Part shown: positions 9,401 to 18,846 of the stretch, piece after piece
Layout of the letters: each line of letters begins with the position of its first letter
Numbering within the stretch: position 1 is the stretch's first letter
NCBI RefSeq assembly: GCF_006345805.1
Contig: NW_021824401.1
Location: forward strand, 1-18,846
Reading direction: 5' to 3'
From: Octopus sinensis
Taxonomy: Eukaryota
Length of the DNA: 18,846 bases
Position numbers and translations under genes: made by a program
The notes under the pieces: model-generated
Database searches by the model: none
Told to the model about the DNA's origin: nothing
What the model saw: only the letters and a program-made list of their open reading frames with translations

Positions 9401-12400
9401 AGTATTGGTGATGACAAGCATTTGTGATGACAAGCATTGGTGATGACAAGCAATGGTGATGACAGCATTGATGATGACAAGTATTGGTGATGACAAGCAT
9501 TTGTGATGACAAGCATTGGTGATGACAAGCAATGGTGATGACAGCATTGATGATGACAAGTATTGGTGATGACAAGCATTTGTGATGACAAGCATTGGTG
9601 ATGACAAGCAATGGTGATGACAGCATTGATGATGACAAGTATTGGTGATGACAAGCATTTGTGATGACAAGCATTGGTGATGACAAGCAATGGTGATGAC
9701 AGCATTGATGATGACAAGTATTGGTGATGACAAGCATTTGTGATGACAAGCATTGGTGATGACAAGCAATGGTGATGACAGCATTGATGATGACAAGTAT
9801 TGGTGATGACAAGCATTTGTGATGACAAGCATTGGTGACGACAAGCAATGTGTGATGACAGATTGATGATGACAAATTGTGATGACAAGCATTTGTGATG
9901 ACAAGCAATGGTGATGACAGCATTGATGATGACAAGTATTGGTGATGACAAACATTTGTGATGACAAGCAATGGTGATGACAGCATTGATGATGACAAGC
10001 ATTGGTGATGACAAGCAATGGTGATGACAGCATTGATGATGACAAGCATTGGTGATGACAAGCAATGGTGATGACAGCATTGATGATGACAAGTATTGGT
10101 GATGACAAGCATTTGTGATGACAAGCAATGGTGATGACAGCATTGATGATGACAAGTATGTGATGACAAGCAATGGTGATGACAGCATTGATGATGACAA
10201 GCATTGGTGATGACAAGCAATGGTGATGACAGCATTGATGATGACAAGCATTGGTGATGACAAGCAATGGTGATGACAGCATTGATGATGACAAGTATTG
10301 GTGATGACAAGCATTTGTGATGACAAGCATTGGTGACGACAAGCATTTGTGATGACAAGCATTGGTGACGACAAGCAATGGTAATGACAAGTATTGGTGA
10401 TGACAAGCATTTGTGATGACAAGCATTGGTGATGACAAGCAATGGTAATGACAAGTATTGGTGATGACAAGCATTTGTGATGACAAGCATTGGTGATGAC
10501 AAGCAATGGTAATGACAAGTATTGGTGATGACAAGCATTTGTGATGACAAGCATTGGTGATGACAAGCAATGGTAATGACAAGTATTGGTGATGACAAGC
10601 ATTTGTGATGACAAGCATTGGTGACGACAAGCAATGGTGATGACAGCATTGATGATGACAAGTATTGGTGATGACAAGCATTTGTGATGACAAGCATTGG
10701 TGATGACAAGCAATGGTGATGACAGCATTGATGATGACAAGTATTGGTGATGACAAGCATTTGTGATGACAAGCATTGGTGACGACAAGCAATGGTAATG
10801 ATAAGTATTGGTGATGACAAGCATTTGTGATGACAAGCATTGGTGATGACAAGCAATGGTGATGACAGCATTGATGATGACAAGTATTGGTGACGACAAG
10901 CATTTGTGATGACAAGCATTGGTGATGACAAGCAATGGTGATGACAGCATTGATGATGACAAGTATTGGTGATGACAAGCATTTGTGATGACAAGCATTG
11001 GTGACGACAAGCAATGGTAATGATAAGTATTGGTGATGACAAGCATTTGTGATGACAAGCATTGGTGATGACAAGCAATGATGATGACAGCATTGATGAT
11101 GACAAGCATTTTGTGATGACAAGCATTGGTGATGACAAGCATTTGTGATGACAAGCATTGGTGACGACAAGCAATGGTAATGATAAGTATTGGTGATGAC
11201 AAGCATTTGTGATGACAAGCATTGGTGATGACAAGCAATGGTAATGACAAGTATTGGTGATGACAAGCATTTGTGATGACAAGCATTGGTGACGACAAGC
11301 AATGGTAATGATAAGTATTGGTGATGACAAGCATTTGTGATGACAAGCATTGGTGACGACAAGCAATGGTAATGATAAGTATTGGTGATGACAAGCATTT
11401 GTGATGACAAGCATTGGTGACGACAAGCAATGGTAATGATAAGTATTGGTGATGACAAGCATTTGTGATGACAAGCATTGGTGACGACAAGCAATGGTAA
11501 TGACAAGTATTGGTGATGACAAGCATTTGTGATGACAAGCATTGGTGATGACAAGCAATGGTAATGACAAGTATTGGTGATGACAAGCATTTGTGATGAC
11601 AAGCATTGGTGATGACAAGCAATGGTAATGACAAGTATTGGTGATGACAAGCATTTGTGATGACAAGCATTGGTGATGACAAGCAATGGTAATGACAAGT
11701 ATTGGTGATGACAAGCATTTGTGATGACAAGCATTGGTGATGACAAGCAATGGTAATGACAAGTATTGGTGATGACAAGCATTTGTGATGACAAGCATTG
11801 GTGACGACAAGCAATGGTGATGACAGCATTGATGATGACAAGTATTGGTGATGACAAGCATTTGTGATGACAAGCATTGGTGACGACAAGCAATGGTAAT
11901 GACAAGTATTGGTGATGACAATCATTTGTGATGACAAGCAATGGTGATGACAAGCAATGGTAATGACAAGTATTGGTGATGACAAGCATTGTGATGACAA
12001 GCATTGGTGATGACAAGCAATGGTAATGACAAGTATTGGTGATGACAAGCATTTGTGATGACAAGCATTGGTGACGACAAGCAATTGGTGATGACAGCAT
12101 TGATGATGACAAGTATTGGTGATGACAAGCATTTGTGATGACAAGCATTGGTGATGACAAGCAATGGTGATGACAGCATTGATGATGACAAGTATTGGTG
12201 ATGACAAGCATTTGTGATGACAAGCATTGGTGATGACAAGCAATGGTGATGACAGCATTGATGATGACAAGTATTGGTGATGACAAGCATTTGTTGATGA
12301 CAGCATTGGTGATGACAAGCAATGGTGATGACAGCATTGATGATGACAAGTATTGGTGATGACAAGCATTTGTGATGACAAGCATTGGTGATGACAAGCA

Positions 12401-13280
12401 ATGGTGATGACAGCATTGATGATGACAGTATTGGTGATGACAAGCATTTGTGATGACAAGCATTGGTGATGACAAGCAATGGTGATGACAGCATTGATGA
12501 TGACAAGTATTGGTGATGACAAGCATTTGTGATGACAAGCATTGGTGATGACAAGCAATGGTGATGACAGCATTGATGATGACAAGTATTGGTGATGACA
12601 AGCATTTGTGATGACAAGCATTGGTGACGACAAGCAATGGTGATGACAGCATTGATGATGACAAGTATTGGTGATGACAAGCATTTGTGATGACAAGCAA
12701 TGGTGATGACAGCATTGATGATGACAAGTATTGGTGATGACAAGCATTTGTGATGACAAGCAATGGTGATGACAGCATTGATGATGACAAGCATTGGTGA
12801 TGACAAGCAATGGTGATGACAGCATTGATGATGACAAGCATTGGTGATGACAAGCAATGGTGATGACAGCATTGATGATGACAAGTATTGGTGATGACAA
12901 GCATTTGTGATGACAAGCAATGGTGATGACAGCATTGATGATGACAAGTATTGGTGATGACAAGCAATGGTGATGACAGCATTGATGATGACAAGCATTG
13001 GTGATGACAAGCAATGGTGATGACAGCATTGATGATGACAAGCATTGGTGATGACAAGCAATGGTGATGACAGCATTGATGATGACAAGTATTGGTGATG
13101 ACAAGCATTTGTGATGACAAGCATTGGTGACGACAAGCATTTGTGATGACAAGCATTGGTGATGACAAGCAATGGTAATGATAAGTATTGGTGATGACAA
13201 GCATTTGTGATGACAAGCATTGGTGATGACAAGCATGGTGATGACAGCATTGATGATGACAAGCATTTTGTGATGACAAG
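6474..13280. repeat. Satellite array, ~6.8 kb, about 425 monomers of 15-17 bp (consensus GACAAGCATTGGTGAT) with higher-order repeats
   Basis: Recurrent monomer variants: GACAAGCATTGGTGAT, GACAAGCATTTGTGAT, GACAAGCAATGGT(A/G)AT, GACAAGTATTGGTGAT and GACAGCATTGATGAT. Period is 79 bp at 9303-9777 and 64 bp at 11502-11758. Confidence 0.97.
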
Positions 13281-13284
13281 CCTT

Positions 13285-13524
13285 GATGCCGTTTGCATCC
13301 CAAAAAACTGAGGCCATCACCACAATGCCAAATCTTGTCCATTTTCAAGAGAAGCCGCCACTAATGACTTTTGAAGTCGTCTTTGAACAGTCAGGTGTCA
13401 GTTTACCTGGAAGGAAACAAACTAGTTATTAATAAGAAGATCTGAAATTAATGCGTGCAAGATTTCACAACTCTAGCATCACTCCTTCATAGTCAGCCTA
13501 TGAACTTTTCAGCCCACCCTTGCA
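13285..13524 (-). mobile_element. Mariner 5' end: left TIR, 5' UTR, transposase start and an internally deleted VMASVFWD fragment
   Basis: The minus strand begins TGCAAGGGTGGGCTGAAAAGTTCATAGGCTGAC, which is mariner TIR-like, with TA just outside at 13525-13526. ATG at 13342 gives MDKIWHCG, followed immediately in another frame by VMASVFWDANGI (compare Himar1 KVMASVFWDAHGI). The TIR assignment relies partly on recall. Confidence 0.8.
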
Positions 13525-13529
13525 TATTT

Positions 13530-13690
13530 GCATGTGTGTGTACGTGTGTGTGTGTGTGTGTGTACATGTGTGTGTGTGTAAGTATACATGTGTGAGTGCA
13601 TATATGTATACATATATATGTGTATGTATACATGTGTGTGCACATATATACATGTGTGTGTGTGTGTGAATGTCTGTGTGCATGTGTGTA
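13530..13690. repeat. (GT)n/(AT)n compound microsatellite
   Basis: Directly visible. Confidence 0.9.
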
Positions 13691-13696
13691 CAGTGC

Positions 13697-14062
13697 ATGA
13701 CCCTAGTATCGATCTATTGCATTTCAATTTATTTTAGGGTTAGGGTTAGTTACGGCTATAGGTGGGGTGAAGGGTATCTTTTTTCTTCACAAATGTAAAT
13801 AAACCCAATCTGTTTCTTAAACGAGGGACATATTCATACGGCACAGAATGTTTTTTTTTTTACCTCAATAGACGTCATTGATTGGTTAAAATTGCAGAAA
13901 TTAAAGAAAAAAAACAACAAATATCTTACAAACTATAGAATTTTCTCAATAAAGCCAAGAGAAAAAGATGTTTTATAAACACATTCTACCAGTATACGAA
14001 GTTAAAATTTTTTAGTTACCTAGAAATTATGTTAAAAACTGCCGTTCAAACCGAAAAGATCC
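13697..14062. mobile_element. Truncated interspersed repeat with an internal TTAGGG doublet (MITE- or Helentron-like, unassigned)
   Basis: TTAGGGTTAGGGTTAG at 13734-13749. Ends AAAAACTGCCGTTCAAACCGAAAAGATCC. Recognised from recall of cephalopod repeats; no partner terminus is present in the window. Confidence 0.4.
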
Positions 14063-14106
14063 ATTAAAAATTTTTTTAATTTGATTTACCATCCATATTT
14101 ATATAT

Positions 14107-14414
14107 ATCACCGTGATCGCCGTGACTGACCAGGCTATCAGATGTTGCTACACATCGCTGGTCACAATGCGCTTCGCATTGTTTTAGCCTTCAAATGACG
14201 CCACCCCGCTGGCTAAGCGAGCAGGCCAACAGAAGAAAGAGTGAGAGAAAGTTGTGGCGAAAGAGTACAGCAGGGATCGCCACCACCCCCTGCCGGAGCC
14301 GCGTGGAGTTTAAGTGTTTTCGCTCACTAAACACTCACAACGCCCAGTCTGGGAATCGAAACCGCGATCCTACAACCGCGAGTCCGCTGCCCTAAACACT
14401 GGGCCATTGCGACT
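14107..14414 (-). mobile_element. tRNA-derived SINE, second family, apparently full length
   Basis: The minus strand starts ...CAATGGCCCAGTGTTTAGGGCAGCGGACTCGC (A-box-like) and GGTTTCGATTCCC (B-box-like, plus 14351-14363), followed by a GC-rich body in AT-rich surroundings. Confidence 0.8.
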
Positions 14415-14424
14415 CTACATTTTT

Positions 14425-15060
<636 letters not shown>

Positions 15061-15070
15061 GAAAAAATAA

Positions 15071-15321
15071 AAAAAAATAAGATGCTAGCAGCAAGCTGTT
15101 TCGCCTCATACCGAAGGAATTAGAAATGGCAGTCAAAGACCGTTTTTCCATTTTCTATAAGTGGAGAATCCAAAAACGAAGGCCCTTACGGCTCACACAA
15201 CCAAACCGGAGTGGCAAATATACGAAGTCAGTCATGAAAATGGAAAAACGGTCTTTGACTGCCATTTCTAATTCCTTCGGTATGAGGCGAAACAGCTTGC
15301 TGCTAGCCATCTTATTTTTTT
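15071..15321. repeat. Fold-back element: 85/86-bp inverted arms around an 80-bp spacer
   Basis: 15071-15155 is the reverse complement of 15236-15321 except for one extra C. The ORF track shows [23 protein letters not shown] on both strands. Confidence 0.93.
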
Positions 15322-15447
15322 CTTTACTATATACTGAACCTTACAAAGGTCCTGACAATTAATTTGTCGTATTACATACCGAAATTTACCGGTAAATAAT
15401 TGTTGGTTACATGAAAACCACAGGAAATTATTTACCATTTTTACTGC

Positions 15448-15449
<2 letters not shown>

Positions 15450-15494
<45 letters not shown>

Positions 15495-15526
15495 ATATAT
15501 ATATATAATATATATATATATATCTC

Positions 15527-15557
<31 letters not shown>

Positions 15558-15645
15558 CATATATATAATATATACATATATTATATATATATATATTATA
15601 TATATAATTATATATATAATATATATATATATATAATATATATAT
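15450..15645. repeat. Interrupted (AT)n tract
   Basis: Directly visible. Confidence 0.9.
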
Positions 15646-15959
15646 AAAATACTACATTAGCCGTTATTTTGACGGCACGGGGTCATCTACTGTAAAGGTA
15701 AATAATTAAATTATAGAGTAGGGGAGGAGTGCTCTCCCTTACAAAATTTATACAGTCTATACCTAGTTGTCTCCCCCTGTAATTATTAAGCACCTTAATA
15801 TAAAGAAAATTGGTACTTATTTTATCAATACCGACTCTTTAATTCTATTAAAAAGTAAGAACACTCTCCAGAAAAGTTAGATATATCTACACGGAATTTT
15901 ATATCAAATAATAAATAATAATAATTAATTCTTTTATTTTTAATAATTAATTCTTTTAT

Positions 15960-16186
15960 GAATAATAATAATAATAATCCTTTCTAATGTAGGCACAAGA
16001 CCTGGAATTGGGTGGGAGGGAGCCAGTCGATTAGATCGATCCCAATGTTCAACTGGTACTTAGTTTTTCGGCCCCGAAAGGATGAAAGGCAAAGTTGATC
16101 TCGGCGGAATTTGAACTAAGATCGTAGCCATAGGCGAAATATCGCTAAGCATTTCGTCCAGCGCGCTAACGATTCTGCAAGCTCGC
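15960..16186 (-). mobile_element. tRNA-derived SINE, third family, copy with (ATT)n tail
   Basis: Minus strand: GCGAGCTTGCAGAATCGTTAG (A-box-like), TAGTTCAAATTCC (B-box-like), a central CTTTGCCTTTCATCCTTTCGGGG...AAGTACCAG resembling the Deu/Nin-type conserved SINE domain (tentative), and tail TAGAAAGGATTATTATT. Confidence 0.8.
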
Positions 16187-16384
16187 TAGGCACAAAGCTA
16201 GAAATTTTTGAGGGGGGGGGACTAAGTCCATTACATCGACCCCAGTGCTCCACTGGTACTTATTTCATCGATCCAAAAGGAGGAAAGGCAAAGTCGGCCT
16301 CGGCGGAATTTGAACTCAGAACGTAACGACGGACGAAATGCCGCTAAGCATTTTGCCCGGCGCGCTAACGATTCTGCCAGCTCG
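16187..16384 (-). mobile_element. Second copy of the same SINE, head-to-tail with 15960-16186
   Basis: Shares TAGGCACAA, ACTGGTACTTA, GAAAGGCAAAGT, CTCGGCGGAATTTGAACT, CGCTAAGCATTT and GCGCGCTAACGATTCTGC with the left copy. Confidence 0.85.
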
Positions 16385-16386
16385 TG

Positions 16387-16458
16387 AAGTGGATTTGGTT
16401 GACGGAAACAGAAAGGAGCACGTCGTATATATATATGTATGTGTGTGTTGTTTTGTGT

Positions 16459-16490
<32 letters not shown>

Positions 16491-16518
16491 CACATATATT
16501 TATATGTATGTATGTGTG

Positions 16519-16594
<76 letters not shown>

Positions 16595-16604
16595 ATATAT
16601 ATGC

Positions 16605-16649
<45 letters not shown>

Positions 16650-16788
16650 TCTGTGTGTGTATGTACACATATATTATATATATATATGTATGTATATATA
16701 TATATATAGATACATATATAGATATAGGTATATAGATATATATATAGATATATATATATAGATAGATATATAGATAGATAGAGATATG

Positions 16789-16845
<57 letters not shown>

Positions 16846-17124
16846 GATATATAGATATATATATGTATGTATATATATAAATATGTATACATCTATGTGT
16901 ATATTTGTATCCGTGTTTGTCCTCCAATACCACTTGACAACAAGTATTAGTGTGTTTACGTCCCCGTAACTTAGCAGTTCGAGAAAAGAGAGGACAACAG
17001 AGTACGTACTAGACTCAATTTTTAAAAAACAAGTCCTGGGGTCGATTTGATCTACGAAAACACTTCAAGGCGGTGCTCCAGCATGGCCGCAGTGAAATGG
17101 CTGAAACAAGTAAAGAATAAAAAG
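16387..17124 (+). mobile_element. 5'-truncated CORE-like SINE with a greatly expanded internal microsatellite
   Basis: GTGGATTTGGTTGACGGAAACAGAAAGGAGC (16389) matches the pre-microsatellite segment of the 2471 and 17426 copies. 16910-17124 matches their 3' half (GGGGTCGATTTG, AAGGCGGTGCTCCAGCATGGCC, CTGAAACAAGTAAA). About 480 bp of AT/GT repeats lie between. Confidence 0.75.
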
Positions 17125-17425
17125 ATGCACGAAGACCACACTCACACACCTATGCATGAATACACACACATTCGTACACACATCCTTATACACACACATG
17201 ACCAAACACAGAAATACACACACTCACACAGAAGATACACACTTAAAGCGCTGTCTATATATAGAAACCACGTCTTACAAAACAATGAAGAATGTTATCA
17301 AGCAGCTAATGTTATCAAAAGGGTTCATCTTAAAATAATCGTATAACAAGTGTCCATTGTATAAAAATACAATGTACACACACACACACACATGAAAAGA
17401 AGCCCCCTGTATATATATATATATT

Positions 17426-17773
17426 ACCAACCACATGGTTCCGGGTTCAGTCCCACTGCGTGGCACCTTGGGCAAGTGTCTTCTACTATAGCCCCGGGTC
17501 GACCAATGCCTTGTGAGTGGATTTGGTAGACGGAAACTGAAAGAAGCCTGTCGTATATATGTATATATATGTGTGTGTGTATGTGTTTGTCCCCCTAGCA
17601 TTGCTTGACAACCGTTGCTGGTGTGTTTATGCCCCCGTTACTTAGCGGTTCGGCAAAGAGACCGATAGAATAAGTACTGGGCTTACAAAAGAATAAGTCC
17701 TGGGGTCGAGTTGCTCAATTAAAGGCGGTACTCCAGCATGGCCCCAGTCAAATGACTGAAACAAGTAAAAGAG
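17426..17773 (+). mobile_element. CORE-like tRNA-derived SINE lacking the A-box end
   Basis: Near-identical to 2497-2858, from ACCAACCACATGGTTCCGGGTTCAGTCCCACTGCGTGGCACCTTGGGCAAG to ATGACTGAAACAAGTAAAAGAG. Confidence 0.9.
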
Positions 17774-17775
17774 TA

Positions 17776-17808
<33 letters not shown>

Positions 17809-17923
17809 CAAAATGAGAAAATGGAGAAACATACCTAAATCAATTATCAACCATCAGATAATACCCACTCACACATACCATTACACAACAGCAATGACAT
17901 TATACATAATATAATATAATATA

Positions 17924-17998
<75 letters not shown>

Positions 17999-18019
17999 AT
18001 ATGTATATATATATGTATA

Positions 18020-18520
<501 letters not shown>

Positions 18521-18529
18521 TATATATAT

Positions 18530-18656
18530 ATATTGTATTTCGGAATGGTCATTTTGCCAGTTTATGCAATAAAAAGACACGCACTATATATTTGGTGTTA
18601 CTTTGCTTCAGTGTTATTGGCTAAACTGGCAAAATGATCATTCTGAAATACAATAT
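18530..18656. mobile_element. Small MITE-like element with ~41-43-bp imperfect terminal inverted repeats
   Basis: 18532-18572 ATTGTATTTCGGAATGGTCATTTTGCCAGTTTATGCAATAA versus the reverse complement of 18614-18654: 37 of 41 identical, with a 41-bp interior. Confidence 0.7.
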
Positions 18657-18699
18657 CTGTTTCACACACGATTTCACATAAAAAATCTGCACAATTCAC

Positions 18700-18747
<48 letters not shown>

Positions 18748-18748
18748 G

Positions 18749-18781
<33 letters not shown>

Positions 18782-18846
18782 ATTGAAATGGATAAATGAA
18801 TTATCTTGTTACGGATTATTCAAATTTAACCGATACCTGGGTAGCA

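Noticed and set aside
6474-13280. CRISPR-like array
   Set aside because: No unique spacers, monomers are contiguous, no cas genes, and the context is eukaryotic.
6414-13348. Giant ORFs (2296, 2105, 1378 aa) as a real Cys/His-rich protein gene
   Set aside because: All three frames give the same permuted peptide because the 16-bp monomer lacks stops on that strand, the period is not a multiple of 3, and indels are frequent. Not annotated as CDS; kept only as a proto-gene hypothesis.
13734-13749. Telomere or chromosome-fusion scar
   Set aside because: Only about 2.5 units, in one orientation, embedded in an interspersed repeat.
15276-15308. Hammerhead-like GGUAUGA-GGC-GAAA-CAGCUUGCUG in the fold-back arm
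   Set aside because: The core should be CUGANGA (three mismatches, no C3-G8 pair), position 16.1 is C rather than U, and no stem I can be formed.

Overview
AT-rich, microsatellite-dense eukaryotic DNA, probably intronic or intergenic. The repeat complement resembles octopus/cephalopod genomes, which is an inference from recalled SINE and mariner sequences. No intact protein-coding gene is supported. About 36% of the window is a 6.8-kb satellite of 15-17-bp monomers with higher-order structure (6474-13280). It lies inside a decayed minus-strand mariner (Himar1/irritans-like) element: left TIR, start codon and VMASVFWD motif on the right of the array, and the HQDN and YSPxLAPSD catalytic region on the left. 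That left part is itself amplified as a 186-bp tandem repeat. A canonical type I hammerhead ribozyme core with a palindromic stem III (Penelope/retrozyme style) sits on the minus strand at 2159-2201, enclosed by a perfect 40-bp inverted repeat. The remainder is several tRNA-derived SINEs of three types, fold-back or MITE-like elements, a long inverted purine/pyrimidine duplication and simple repeats. A weak chain of possible minus-strand micro-exons is flagged but not accepted as a gene.
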